Assembly: GCA_965262615.1 (NCBI GenBank)
Contig: OZ253545.1
Span: 224,001 to 288,000, forward strand
Length of the DNA: 64,000 nt
Origin: Alphaproteobacteria bacterium
GTDB taxonomy: Bacteria; Pseudomonadota; Alphaproteobacteria; GM7ARS4; G965262615
Reading direction: 5' to 3'
A program made the translations under genes and the position numbers. Positions 1 through 10,759 of this stretch are shown piece by piece. The notes beneath the pieces were generated by a model, which did not search any database, was not told the origin of the DNA, and saw nothing but the letters and a program-made list of their open reading frames with translations. Position 1 is the stretch's first letter. Each line of letters starts with the position of its first letter.

Positions 1-241
1 TAAACTTCCCGATATCTCTTCGCACCAACGGCTCGCCTCCTGTGAGGCGAATTTTTCTGATTCCCAGTTGAATAAAGATTCGTGCCAGCTGGGTCATTTC
101 CTCAAGAGAGAGGATGTCTTTTTTGGGCAGGAATGTCATTTTTTCCGCCATGCAATAGACGCATCGCAAGTCGCATCGGTCGGTGACCGAAAGACGCAGG
201 TAAGAAATGCGTCTGCCGAAGGTGTCGGTCAATGGTTTCAT
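1..241 (-). CDS. moaA: GTP 3',8-cyclase MoaA (5' part, runs off window)
   Basis: Manual translation from ATG at 241: [31 protein letters not shown]...[10 protein letters not shown]; radical SAM CxxxCxxC and TGGEP motifs. Confidence 0.93.
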   Translation of the reverse strand, partial: MKPLTDTFGRRISYLRLSVTDRCDLRCVYCMAEKMTFLPKKDILSLEEMTQLARIFIQLGIRKIRLTGGEPLVRRDIGKF

Positions 242-250
242 GTGTGCGTG

Positions 251-335
251 TCCGAGCGGCCGGACTTGAACCGGCACAGGCATAAAGCCCGAGGGATTTT
301 AAGTCCCTTGCGTCTACCAATTCCGCCACGCTCGG
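251..335 (-). tRNA. tRNA-Leu(UAA)
   Basis: Cloverleaf: CCGAGCG/CGCTCGG acceptor, D-arm GCGGAATTGGTAGACGC, anticodon arm AGGGA-CTTAAAA-TCCCT, long variable arm, GGTTCAAGTCC T-arm; CCA not encoded. Confidence 0.95.
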
Positions 336-620
336 TCATAGCTCTGTTCCTCGCTCTCTTTTTCTGTCATCAAACGATGGCGGCTCATCATAGGGAATGA
401 GATTGTCTTGCATTGAGTCGTCTTGCAAAAAAAAGCTCTTCTCTTGCTGCTCCAGCCCCAATTGATGGTATAACACCACAAGCCCCACAAGCAATCCTCC
501 CCAAATGAGCGCGCTCTGCCACATGAACGACACGCCCTCCAGCACCCGCACTCTGCGAATCACCACAGGAGCAATCAAGAGCAACAAGATGAGCCAAAAC
601 AAACCTTCAAACAGAACCAT
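336..620 (-). CDS. Small hypothetical membrane protein (2 TM)
   Basis: 94-aa ORF with two hydrophobic stretches filling the gap between two tRNAs. Confidence 0.6.
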   Translation of the reverse strand: MVLFEGLFWLILLLLIAPVVIRRVRVLEGVSFMWQSALIWGGLLVGLVVLYHQLGLEQQEKSFFLQDDSMQDNLIPYDEPPSFDDRKRERGTEL

Positions 621-650
621 GACGAATCACTCTGATGACAAATCAACCGA

Positions 651-726
<76 letters not shown>

Positions 727-776
727 TCCGATGCCTCACCATGCAATAAGGCAGCCCCCAATTGCAAGAGGCAAAG

Positions 777-2117
777 ATGGTAAAAAAGCATGGTTGCCTC
801 ACGGCGCGCGCGAACGCGCCATTGCGCGGCGTTGTGTCACTGGCGGGGGACAAGTCTTTGAGCCACCGCGCCTTTATGATGGCGGCGATGGCGGTGGGCG
901 AAAGCGTCATTCACAATGCCCTGCTGAGCGATGACATCAGGGCGACACTGCGTTGCTTGTCTTGCTTGGGGGTGCGTATTGACCGTGATGGCGAGACCCA
1001 TCGTGTGGGCGGGCGTGGCGGTGTCGGACTTGTCACCCCCTCACAGCCACTGGATTGTGGCAATTCGGGAACGGCGGCGCGCTTGTTGTGTGGATTGCTG
1101 GCAGGACACGATGTCTGGGCACAAATGACGGGAGACGCTTCTTTGAGTGAGCGTCCCATGGCGCGCGTCATTGCTCCTTTGCGGGCGATGGGCGCGCACA
1201 TTGAGTGTCGCGATGACCACCGCTTGCCTCTCACCATCCGTGGCATGTCTCCTCTGCTCCCCATTGATTGGCGTAGCCCAGTGGCATCGGCACAGGTGAA
1301 ATCATCCATTTTGTTTGCCGCCCTCAATGCACTGGGCGACACCACCTTCATTGAGCCTTCCATGTCGCGCGATCATTCTGAGCGCATGATGACACTCTAT
1401 GGCGCACACCTGCAACAAAACATTCATAAAGATGGCTACCATATCACAATGAAGGGGTTGCAAACACTCATTGCCCCATCAGAGCCTCTGGTCATCCCCT
1501 CTGACCCCAGCAGTGCGGCATTGATGGCAACCGCCGCCGCCATGACAAAAGGCTCGCTTTCTTTTCCTCACCTTCTCATCAATGCCCACCGCATTGGCTT
1601 TTTTGAGATGATTGAGAAAATGGGTGCTGAGGTGCGCTATGACAATTCCACCCACGCCTGTGGCGAAGATGTGGCGGATGTGCATGTGTCATTTTCTCAG
1701 CCACTCCAAAGCGTCACCATTGATGCCACTCGCAGTGCCGTTCTCATTGATGAATATCCCGCCCTTGCCGTTCTGGCGGCGGTGGCGCATGGCACGAGTC
1801 GTTTTTGCGGCTTGGCGGAGTTGCGTCACAAGGAGTCCAATCGTCTGGAGGGCTTGTGTGACAAACTCGCGCGCTGTGGCGTCTCCGCTGTCGTGGAAAA
1901 GGATGACCTCATTATTGACGGCAGCAACGGCGAAATGATTCAAGGCGGACAAACCATTGATGGCGATGGCGACCATCGCATCGCCATGTCCTTCATCCTG
2001 CTGAGTCTGCACAGTCGTGATCCCATTGGGGTAACAGGAACAGACACCATCGCAACGAGCTTTCCTAAATTTATCACTCAACTCCGCCAATGCGGCGCAC
2101 AGATTGAATCGTCATGA
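777..2117 (+). CDS. aroA: 3-phosphoshikimate 1-carboxyvinyltransferase
   Basis: GDKSLSHR, GNSGTAARL, SAQVKS, KESNR, DHRIAM motifs; aroA-cmk-rpsA synteny. Confidence 0.96.
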   Translation: MVKKHGCLTARANAPLRGVVSLAGDKSLSHRAFMMAAMAVGESVIHNALLSDDIRATLRCLSCLGVRIDRDGETHRVGGRGGVGLVTPSQPLDCGNSGTAARLLCGLLAGHDVWAQMTGDASLSERPMARVIAPLRAMGAHIECRDDHRLPLTIRGMSPLLPIDWRSPVASAQVKSSILFAALNALGDTTFIEPSMSRDHSERMMTLYGAHLQQNIHKDGYHITMKGLQTLIAPSEPLVIPSDPSSAALMATAAAMTKGSLSFPHLLINAHRIGFFEMIEKMGAEVRYDNSTHACGEDVADVHVSFSQPLQSVTIDATRSAVLIDEYPALAVLAAVAHGTSRFCGLAELRHKESNRLEGLCDKLARCGVSAVVEKDDLIIDGSNGEMIQGGQTIDGDGDHRIAMSFILLSLHSRDPIGVTGTDTIATSFPKFITQLRQCGAQIESS

Positions 2118-2785
2118 AGAGTTCCTATCCCGTGATTGCGATTGATGGACCTTCTGCCGCTGGCAAGGGTTCATTGGCGCGTGGCTTGGCAAAACACTAT
2201 GATTTTGCCTGGCTGGACAGTGGCTTGCTTTATCGGGCGGTTGCCAAAAAGCATCGCGACAATGGTGGCTCATTGGACGATGACAAGGCGGTCACCCAGA
2301 CGGCACACACCCTTTGCCACGCCGATCTTTTGCCCGATTCCTTACGTGATGAGACCATCGGACAGTGGGCATCGGTCATTGCTGCCTATCGGGGGGTGCG
2401 GGATGCTCTGCTTGATTTTCAACGCAGCTACGGCTCATGCCCTCCTCACGGCAAAAAAGGCAGCGTCATTGATGGCAGAGACATCGGCTCTGTGGTTTTT
2501 CCCGACACCCCCTACAAGATTTTTCTGCAAGCCTCCTTTGAGATTCGTGTGGCACGGCGCACAAAGGAGTTGCATCAACGAGGGTTTCAGGTTATACCAT
2601 CACAGGTGCGTGAGACCATGTGCTTGCGTGACCAACGAGATAGCCAACGCTCCCTCGCACCTTTACGCCTCTGTGATGACGCACTTCTTTTAGACAGTGA
2701 TGAGCGCACGGCAGATGAAGTGATGTTTGAGGCGTGTGGGTGGCTTGAAGCAAAAGGACTCCCTGCGGCATCCTGTCCCGCATGA
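2114..2785 (+). CDS. cmk: Cytidylate kinase
   Basis: IAIDGPSAAGKG P-loop, LDSGLLYRA, DGRDIG. Confidence 0.96.
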   Translation: MKSSYPVIAIDGPSAAGKGSLARGLAKHYDFAWLDSGLLYRAVAKKHRDNGGSLDDDKAVTQTAHTLCHADLLPDSLRDETIGQWASVIAAYRGVRDALLDFQRSYGSCPPHGKKGSVIDGRDIGSVVFPDTPYKIFLQASFEIRVARRTKELHQRGFQVIPSQVRETMCLRDQRDSQRSLAPLRLCDDALLLDSDERTADEVMFEACGWLEAKGLPAASCPA

Positions 2786-2816
2786 AGCCCTCCCTCTTGA
2801 ACAGGAGCGATGAATC

Positions 2817-4481
2817 ATGAGCGCGACAGAAAATTTTGCCGACCTTTTTGAACAATCCCTCAAAGCCACCGGCGGCATGGAGGGAGTCATGCTCAAGGGA
2901 GAAGTGGTCTCCGTTGAGCGTGACATGGTGCTCATGGATGTGGGACTCAAATCAGAAGGCTATGTGCCTTTGCGAGAATTCTCCAATGAAGAACAAAACA
3001 CCCTGCAAGAAGGCAGCGTTTTTGATGTCTTTGTGGAACGATTTGAAAACAGACACGGCGAAGCGGTCATTTCTCGAGCACGCGCCCGCCGTGAGGAGGC
3101 ATGGCATCAGCTGGAAGAAGCATTTGAAAAAGGCGAACTGTTTGAAGGTGTTGTCACCGCCCGAGTGCGCGGCGGATACACCGTAGACCTTGATGGGGCA
3201 ACCGCTTTCATGCCCAACTCCCAAGCCGATTTGAGACCCGTCCCCGACCCCCAACAAATCATTAACCTTGCGGGAATCTTTGAAATCCTCACCATGAATC
3301 GCCAGAGAGGAAATATTGTCGTCTCCAGACGCTCCGTCTTGGAGCGCGCACGAGATGCCGAACGGGAAAAACTCCTCAAAAGCCTTGATGAAGGACAAAT
3401 CCTTGACGGAACCGTCAAAAATATCACCGACTTTGGCGCATTCATTGATCTGGGAGGAAGTGACGGATTGCTCCATGTCACCGATATTTCTTGGAAGCGA
3501 ATCTATCATCCCAGTGATGTCCTCAAGGTGGGACAAAAAGTCACCGTCAAAATCATCAAATTCAATCGTGAAACCGGACGAATTAATCTCGGAATTAAAC
3601 AACTGACACCCAATCCTTGGGAAGGAATTAAAGATAAATATCCCCTGCAAAAAGTCTTTGACGGAACAATCCGCAAAGTCATGGAATATGGAATTTTTGT
3701 GGAACTGGAAGAAGGTGTGGAAGGACTCATTCATGTCTCGGAACTCTCGTGGGAGCGCAAACAAAAACTCAGCGAATTCCATGTGGGAGATGCCATTCAA
3801 ATCAAAGTGATTGACATTGACATTGACAATCATCGCATCAGCCTCAGCCGCAAACAGTGTCTGCCGAATCCGTGGGCTGCCTTTGCCGAAACATACAAAC
3901 AGGGCGATGTTGTGGATGTTGTCGCCGAAGAAGAGGGAAAACAAGTGCTCGTTGTCTCCCTCAAAGAGGGAATTCACGGAATTATTCGCCTGTCAGACCT
4001 TGATTGGCACAAAACGGGCGATGATGCCATCAAAGACTTCCCCAAAGGAACGAAAACCCCCGCCAAAATCCTTGATATCAATGTGGAGGAGGAAAAAATC
4101 CTGCTGGGCATCAAGCATCTCACCGATGATCCCTTCAAAATCGCCACCAAAGGTTTGAAAAAGGGCGACAGTCTCAATGTCACCGTTGATGAGGTTCATG
4201 AAAAAGCCCTCCATGTCTCCTTCAATAAGCATGGACAGGGATTCATCCGCAAAAAAGAACTCTCCCTGGAAGCCGATGAGCGACACACCGAACAATTCAA
4301 ACAAGGAGATGAGATTGAAGCAATGATTCTCAACATTGACAAGAAAAATAAAACCGTTGAGTTCTCCGTGCGAGGACTGGAACGCATGGAACACGAACAA
4401 GCCATGCAAGAATATGGTAAAAAGACCCCGTCTGTCACACTGGGAGACATTATCGGCAGCGTGCAAGGTAAGAAAAAATGA
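2817..4481 (+). CDS. rpsA: 30S ribosomal protein S1
   Basis: Repeated S1 domains (DVGLKSEG, VKNITDFGAFIDLGG, GLIHVSELSW). Confidence 0.97.
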   Translation: MSATENFADLFEQSLKATGGMEGVMLKGEVVSVERDMVLMDVGLKSEGYVPLREFSNEEQNTLQEGSVFDVFVERFENRHGEAVISRARARREEAWHQLEEAFEKGELFEGVVTARVRGGYTVDLDGATAFMPNSQADLRPVPDPQQIINLAGIFEILTMNRQRGNIVVSRRSVLERARDAEREKLLKSLDEGQILDGTVKNITDFGAFIDLGGSDGLLHVTDISWKRIYHPSDVLKVGQKVTVKIIKFNRETGRINLGIKQLTPNPWEGIKDKYPLQKVFDGTIRKVMEYGIFVELEEGVEGLIHVSELSWERKQKLSEFHVGDAIQIKVIDIDIDNHRISLSRKQCLPNPWAAFAETYKQGDVVDVVAEEEGKQVLVVSLKEGIHGIIRLSDLDWHKTGDDAIKDFPKGTKTPAKILDINVEEEKILLGIKHLTDDPFKIATKGLKKGDSLNVTVDEVHEKALHVSFNKHGQGFIRKKELSLEADERHTEQFKQGDEIEAMILNIDKKNKTVEFSVRGLERMEHEQAMQEYGKKTPSVTLGDIIGSVQGKKK

Positions 4482-5413
4482 TAGCATTACCACCCAAACT
4501 CAGTGCCCAATGGCAAGAAATGGATAGCCACCATCGGATGCGATTCTGGCGCATGGTGGCAATAATCCTTTTGTCGGTCAGTGCGTTGTGGCTCATGGGG
4601 CGAAGCGCGTCTCTCACTCATGGCGATTACATCGGACGCATATCGGTGGAGGGCATCATTTTTGATGACCAAAAACGCAACCAATCCCTCTCACGCCTGA
4701 GCAAAGATCATGCCCTGAAGGCTCTCATTGTTCATCTCAATACCCCTGGCGGCAGTGCGGTGGGTGGCGAGTCTCTGTATCATCACCTGCGCACCCTTTC
4801 CCAACACAAAAAGGTGGTGATTGTCATGCATGAAGTTGCCGCCTCGGCTGGCTATATGGCGGCTTTGGGAGGCAGTCATATCATTGCACGGGAACAAACC
4901 ATCACCGGTTCTGTCGGTGCGCTGTTTCAAATGGCAAATATTGAACAATTGCTTGCCTCTCTTGGCATCTCAATGGAATTATTCAAGAGTGGCTCGCTCA
5001 AAGCCACGCCGAACCCCTATGAGAAAGTATCGCCTGAGGCGGCGCGCCATGTCATGGAGACCCACATCAATCAGACTCGTGAGTTCTTTTTGAATCTCGT
5101 GGTGGAGAGACGACAATTGTCATCATCGGAGCGAGACCTTCTTGCCCAAGGACAAACTCTATCGGGACGCCAAGCGTTGGATATGAATCTCATTGATGAA
5201 ATCGGCGGCGAAATGGAAGCCATCACATGGCTGGAGAAGGATGCAGCCCTCATTGATTTGCCCGTCCGAGACATCCATTACGGCAATCGGTGGCAGCAAT
5301 TGTTCCAAGGACAGAGCACAGCCTTTGAGAACTGGACGCATTCTCTCACGCAGCTGTTCAATTTTTTGCTTTTTGCACCCCTGCTGTCTCTCTGGACACC
5401 CTCCCTTGACTGA
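4478..5413 (+). CDS. sppA: Signal peptide peptidase SppA (36K type)
   Basis: LNTPGGS, AASAGY, TITGSVG motifs; N-terminal TM; follows rpsA. Confidence 0.92.
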   Translation: MIALPPKLSAQWQEMDSHHRMRFWRMVAIILLSVSALWLMGRSASLTHGDYIGRISVEGIIFDDQKRNQSLSRLSKDHALKALIVHLNTPGGSAVGGESLYHHLRTLSQHKKVVIVMHEVAASAGYMAALGGSHIIAREQTITGSVGALFQMANIEQLLASLGISMELFKSGSLKATPNPYEKVSPEAARHVMETHINQTREFFLNLVVERRQLSSSERDLLAQGQTLSGRQALDMNLIDEIGGEMEAITWLEKDAALIDLPVRDIHYGNRWQQLFQGQSTAFENWTHSLTQLFNFLLFAPLLSLWTPSLD

Positions 5414-5624
5414 TCAGCCTTGCCTCTATGTGCGCGGCGGTCTCTATGAGAGTGATCAATTTCGCACCGTCACCGAAGACCCTCCCCTCGGCCCCTTCAC
5501 CGATTGGGAAGAAGCCTATCGAGCGTGGGAGGACATTTCGTGGCGACACTTGGATGATGCCTTGCGGCGTTATTACATCAGTGATGAACACGGTGCTCTC
5601 ATAAAACACCGCCCGCCGCCTTGA
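5406..5624 (+). CDS. DUF4170-like small protein
   Basis: TTG start at 5406; YVRGGLY...FRT...GPFTDWEEAYRAW...DDALRRY resembles alphaproteobacterial DUF4170 (recalled pattern, not searched). Confidence 0.65.
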   Translation: MTDQPCLYVRGGLYESDQFRTVTEDPPLGPFTDWEEAYRAWEDISWRHLDDALRRYYISDEHGALIKHRPPP

Positions 5625-6276
5625 GCAAGGCTTGCACTTTGTGACAGGACTCCTCCCAATCTTTTTCGCACCGTCACCGAAGACCCTCCCCTCGGCCCCT
5701 TCACCGATTGGGAAGAAGCCTATCGAGCGTGGGAGGACATTTCGTGGCGACACTTGGATGATGCCTTGCGGCGTTATTACATCAGTGATGAACACGGTGC
5801 TCTCATAAAACACCGCCCGCCGCCTTGAGCAAGGCTTGCGCTTTGTGACAGGACTCCTCCCAATCTTTTTCGCACCGTCACCGAAGACCCTCCCCTCGGC
5901 CCCTTCACCGATTGGGAAGAAGCCTATCGAGCGTGGGAGGACATTTCGTGGCGACACTTGGATGATGCCTTGCGGCGTTATTACATCAGTGATGAACACG
6001 GTGTTCTCATAAAACACCGCCCGCCGCCTTGAGCAAGGCTTGTGCTTTGTGACAGGACTCCTCCCACTCTTTTTCGCACCGTCACCGAAGACCCTCCCCT
6101 CGGCCCCTTCACCGATTGGGAAGAAGCCTATCGAGCGTGGGAGGACATTTCGTGGCGACACTTGGATGATGCCTTGCGGCGTTATTACATCAGTGATGAA
6201 CACGGCGTTCTCATAAAACACCGCCCGCCGCCTTGAGCAAGGCTTGCGCTTTGTGACAGGACTCCTCCCACTCTTT
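5461..6276. repeat. Tandem repeat, 4 x 204 bp
   Basis: Units start at 5461, 5665, 5869, 6073 (TTCGCACCGTCACCGAAG...); a few substitutions between copies. Confidence 0.97.
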
Positions 6277-7731
6277 GATGGGCTGACTGTCATGAACAAT
6301 GCCGCCGCCCGCCTGCACATGCAGCCGACCATCCTTGATGATCGCCGTGCGCAAAGCAATGCAGCTATCCATCTCCCCATTGGCGGCAAAATAGCCGATA
6401 GCCCCTGCGTACAATCCTCGTCTTGTGGGCTCGCACTCGTCAATGATTTGCATGGCTCTGATTTTGGGTGCGCCACTCACCGTTCCCGCTGGAAATCCCG
6501 CCAGCATCACATCCAACGGATGCATATCCTGACGGCATGAGCCGCGCACCTCCGACACCATGTGCATCACATGGGAATAGTGTTCAATCTCCATTTGCTG
6601 TGCCACCGTGACGCTTCCCGTGCGACTGGCGCGCCCCACATCGTTGCGTCCCAAATCCAGCAACATCAGATGCTCTGCCACCTCTTTGCTGTCGTGCTTG
6701 AGGGACTCGGCTAATTTGCGGTCTTCTTGCTCCGAGCCGCCGCGCGGACGCGTGCCCGCAATAGGACGAATAATCACCTGTCCATCTTGAAGACGCACCA
6801 AAATCTCCGGACTTGAACCCGCAATCGCCGCCTCGCCAGTGTGAATGAAAAACAAAAAAGGAGACGGATTGAGGCGGCGCAACCGACGATAAAAAACAAA
6901 AGGCGCATCATCACACGCCACAGTGAAGCGTTGCGACAACACCACCTGAAAAATATCACCACTGACAATGTATTGTTTGGCGCGAGCCACCATCTGCTCA
7001 AATTGATTTTTCTCCATAGAGGTGAAGACGGGATGCTGTCTGATATCCCAAATTGCCTCTTCCTCAAGAATTCCATCATGGGGCGATGGTTTTCCAAGAC
7101 GCGCCACCAATTCATCCATTGCCTGTTGTGCCCGCTCATGAGCTTTGGTTGCGGTGCGTTTTTTTTGCGGACGCACCGTCGTTGTCACAATCAAACTGTC
7201 GGTGACGGAATCAAAGACCAGCATCGTGTGGGGACGCATCCACACGCCATCCCACAAATCAAGGGTGTCTTGATGAGGCGAGGCATGGCGCAAACGCTTT
7301 TCCACATGGCGAATGGTGTCATAGGCAAGATAGCCAAAAACCCCATGGGCAATGGACGGCAACGCAGGCGGCATGGGAAGACGGGAATCATCCAAAAACC
7401 GCCGCAATGAGGTGAGGACATCATCGGCTTCATTGGCAAAAGCATCATCGCGACTTTCCATCTGGTCATTGCGCTGAGCCCGTTGTCCCCTAAACCGCCA
7501 CACCGCATCAGGCGCAAGACCAATGACACTATAGCGACCACGCCGACTCCCACCTTCCACAGATTCCAACAAAAAATGATAGGGCTGTTCAATGTTCAGA
7601 CGCAATGCCGCCGCCACAGGTGTCAGGCAATCATTGTGATACACCCGCCAGAGAAGCTGTGCCTTACCGTTGTCATATCTATCTGCATCAAAGGAAGACG
7701 CGGGGAAAGAATGCACGCGTCCGTCTCTCAC
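6211..7731 (-). CDS. trpE: Anthranilate synthase component I
   Basis: LLESVEGG, GDIFQVVLSQR, PIAGTRPRG, EHLMLLDLGRND, GTVSGAPK. Confidence 0.96.
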   Translation of the reverse strand: MRDGRVHSFPASSFDADRYDNGKAQLLWRVYHNDCLTPVAAALRLNIEQPYHFLLESVEGGSRRGRYSVIGLAPDAVWRFRGQRAQRNDQMESRDDAFANEADDVLTSLRRFLDDSRLPMPPALPSIAHGVFGYLAYDTIRHVEKRLRHASPHQDTLDLWDGVWMRPHTMLVFDSVTDSLIVTTTVRPQKKRTATKAHERAQQAMDELVARLGKPSPHDGILEEEAIWDIRQHPVFTSMEKNQFEQMVARAKQYIVSGDIFQVVLSQRFTVACDDAPFVFYRRLRRLNPSPFLFFIHTGEAAIAGSSPEILVRLQDGQVIIRPIAGTRPRGGSEQEDRKLAESLKHDSKEVAEHLMLLDLGRNDVGRASRTGSVTVAQQMEIEHYSHVMHMVSEVRGSCRQDMHPLDVMLAGFPAGTVSGAPKIRAMQIIDECEPTRRGLYAGAIGYFAANGEMDSCIALRTAIIKDGRLHVQAGGGIVHDSQPIKEWEESCHKAQALLKAAGGVL

Positions 7732-9614
7732 AAAAGCAACGAATCAATGGCGCGATCGCTGATGGTCACAGAATAAATCGTCTCAAGATGACGGCGATAC
7801 TGCTGCAATAAATCCTGAGCAATGCTCAAAATGACCCTCTCCTGAGACTCTTGCATCAATTGGTCATCTCCCAAATCGGCTTTTTCAACGCGATCCAAAA
7901 TGGCAATCATATAGCCTTCCTTGAGAGTGGCGGTGACCACTTCACCCACGCCCGCGTCAAACAATTCTTGAGCAATTTCCCCTGGCACTTGCTGGTCTAA
8001 AAAATTGGAGCGGGTGAACTCCTCAAAGGGGACGATGGCAAAATCGGCAACGACTTGCTCAAACCTGTCTCCTTTGGCAATGGCTTTTTGCATGTCTTTG
8101 CCTCGTTTTTCTGCAATAGCTGCCTGTTGCTCATTGATCCATGCGGCAAGAACATCGCTTTGAGCTTCCTCAAATGTCCGCTCCCTTGGTGGGGTCACCT
8201 CATCAATGCGCAAGACAAAAAAACCGCCACTTTCGGTCTCATTGACAAGACTCTCTTCGTCTCGTTCGTAATCTTTGATGGCTTTGAGAAAGCGGTTCAT
8301 CTGGGGAAGATTTTCAATACCACGCCCTTTTGCATCCTTGCCGGTGACATCAATGGCATCCACGCCCCGCATCTCCAGATTGACACTGCTGGCGGTGTCT
8401 TCCAATGATTCCCCCGCCGCCAGCTGATCTTCCACATTGGCAAGCAATTGATAAATCGCCTCCAGAGCTTCGCCTCCTTTGAGTTCAGCCAACAAATCCT
8501 CACGCACTTCCTCATAGGAAAGGGTGTCGGCTTCTTCCACTTCTTCCACTTTGAAAATATGAAAGCCAAAGGGACTTTGAAGCACCTCCGACACCGCTCC
8601 TTCGTCCAGGGCAAAAATATCATCCGCCAATTGGCTCAGCAGCTCGCCTTTGGTGTTCCAGCCAAGTGTGATGTCCTGCTCGGTCAGCTGGGCTTGTGTC
8701 TCTGCCACGCTGGCAAAGTCGGCATTGGAATCCAGTTCCTCGCGAATTTTTTGCGCCAGTTCTTCCTCATCCACCAAAATCTGCAACAGTCGCCGTCTTT
8801 CATCTTTAGAGAAGAAATACAACCGTTGCTCATAGAGGTCTTTGACATCTTGTTCGTCAATGTCAATCTCATCACTGAGGTCTGACGGCTCCAATGTGAT
8901 GTAACTGACCTCATACAATTGAGGCGTTGCAAATTGCTCCACCCGCTCATCAAACCATTGTTGCAAAACGGTTGCCGATGGCGGACGAGCTTTGGGCATG
9001 TCTTCATTTTTCAGCAAAATGGAGCGGGCAAAGCGTTTTTCATGACGAAACTCAATAAGGGGTGTCATCATCAATTGAGGAGCCTTGGGACCCGATGCAA
9101 TGCTGGACATCAATTGGCGACGCTCCAGGTCACGCTTGAGATCCCGCACAAAACTGCGCTCGCTGTAGCCCGCCTCACGCAACAATTGACGATAAATCAA
9201 TTCGCTGAAAAGCCCCGCCTCGTCCTGAAAATCCTCCAGATAGAGAATTTTATCGCGCGTCATGGTGTCACTGACGCTGAGTTCCATGCGCTGCGCCTCA
9301 TTATCAAACAAGGCTCGGCGAATGAGATCGGACATGACGCTATCCACAAATCCCAGTTCCCGTGCCTTTGCGCTGTCCAGTGCCACTCCCAGCAGCTCCT
9401 GCACGCTTTGGGTTTGTTGAGTGTAGAGGCGCAGAAATTCATCGCCTTTGATTTCCACATCACCCACCTGTGCCACCACGACGGTGCGATTGCTGGTGAT
9501 AATCATGTCCGCCATGCCCCAGATGGCAAACGACAGCGCAATCAATGCACTCAATGCAACGAAAACAATCTTATAGAAAAGACCGCCTTTTTCTGCCGTC
9601 AGATTTTTCAACAT
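7728..9614 (-). CDS. ppiD: PpiD/SurA-like periplasmic chaperone/PPIase
   Basis: N-terminal TM (LIALSFAIWG), SurA-N-like region, parvulin-like SPFGFHIFKV; ppiD-trpE synteny. Confidence 0.85.
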   Translation of the reverse strand: MLKNLTAEKGGLFYKIVFVALSALIALSFAIWGMADMIITSNRTVVVAQVGDVEIKGDEFLRLYTQQTQSVQELLGVALDSAKARELGFVDSVMSDLIRRALFDNEAQRMELSVSDTMTRDKILYLEDFQDEAGLFSELIYRQLLREAGYSERSFVRDLKRDLERRQLMSSIASGPKAPQLMMTPLIEFRHEKRFARSILLKNEDMPKARPPSATVLQQWFDERVEQFATPQLYEVSYITLEPSDLSDEIDIDEQDVKDLYEQRLYFFSKDERRRLLQILVDEEELAQKIREELDSNADFASVAETQAQLTEQDITLGWNTKGELLSQLADDIFALDEGAVSEVLQSPFGFHIFKVEEVEEADTLSYEEVREDLLAELKGGEALEAIYQLLANVEDQLAAGESLEDTASSVNLEMRGVDAIDVTGKDAKGRGIENLPQMNRFLKAIKDYERDEESLVNETESGGFFVLRIDEVTPPRERTFEEAQSDVLAAWINEQQAAIAEKRGKDMQKAIAKGDRFEQVVADFAIVPFEEFTRSNFLDQQVPGEIAQELFDAGVGEVVTATLKEGYMIAILDRVEKADLGDDQLMQESQERVILSIAQDLLQQYRRHLETIYSVTISDRAIDSLLL

Positions 9615-9679
9615 GATGAATCCTTTCAAACCCCAAGAAACTCGGGATGTTCTTCAAGAGAACTCCCATTGTCTGTAAG

Positions 9680-10759
9680 TCATTTCAATGGAAGGGCGGC
9701 TTCATACCTTTGGGCAATGTTGGCAAGTCGCGATTCGTTAAAATCAAAGCCCCTAACCTTAGTTAAGTTTGAGTAACCATCTCCCATGCCAACAATCAAA
9801 ACACAAACATCCAATTTGATCTTGCGTCAAAGGTCATGAATTTCTGCCAAATTAGCACTCATTGATTATGGCGTGGGTTAGGTTGGCATTTTTTAATTGA
9901 CATCCACTTAAATTGGAATGAGCGAGCCAAGCTCTGGTCAAATTGGCATTTTGAAGTTGAGCTTGGGACATATCAGCTCTAATGAGGAAAGCACCCGTCA
10001 AATCGGCATTTCGAAGACAAGCTTTAGACAAATTTGCGCTTTCAAAATTGGCAGATGCAAGGTTGGATTCCGTGAAATTCGTCATCTCTTAAATCAGCAT
10101 AACAAAAGTCAGCTTTTTCAAAATTGAGATTGCGGAAGACACCGCCCGCCAAGCGCACACCACGAAACTTGCCCTCAGAAAAATCGGGAGGGTTCTTCTC
10201 AAACAATTTGATGAGTTTTTCTCTATTTCTGATGACACGCTGTTTCATTGTTTCAGTACCCTCTCTCATAAGATTCATGACGAGATTCACATCATCGCGC
10301 CCACCCAAATTTGGACCGTAATCAGGCGGATTTTTAAGGAATTCCATAAACAAAGTCATAATCATGCCTCTGTGTTCTCTCATCAGGATTATCTTGGAGC
10401 TGTTGCCACAAAATTTCAATACCTGCAATGCGCGCTCCCAAATGTTTCGACCACAATAATTCATTAGCAACACTGTATTGACTTGCGCGCGTCTGTTTTT
10501 GACCAATCTCTATCTGTTGTTGGCTTTTTTCTACCTGCTCCTGCATGACCGATAAACGCTTGATGAGAATAGGAAATCCCAGCAATGCCGCCAAAATCAA
10601 TGGATTGTTAAAAACATAGTGTCCAAAGGTTTCGTAATTGTGTACGCTACTGCTAACCAAGCCCAAAAACTCGCCAGAAAAGACATACCCACCGCCCATC
10701 ATCAACAACACAATGATGAAGGCGGTTAAATCAAAATTGCGCACAAACCAATTCATCAT
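9680..10759 (-). pseudogene. Membrane-anchored pentapeptide-repeat protein paralog 1 (several frameshifts; pseudogene or assembly errors)
   Basis: ATG 10759 overlaps guaB stop (ATGA); RNFD, LLGFPILIKR, LLWSKHLGARIAGI motifs shared with intact paralogs; continues in ORFs 10042-10506, 9852-10085 and a further frame ending near 9680. Confidence 0.8.

Noticed and set aside
5461-6276. Possible CRISPR array
   Set aside because: 204-bp contiguous units with no unique spacers; no cas genes
5358-6476. 372-aa minus-strand ORF with four 68-aa repeats
   Set aside because: Stays open only because the repeat unit is a multiple of 3; overlaps trpE out of frame and is antisense to the DUF4170-like gene
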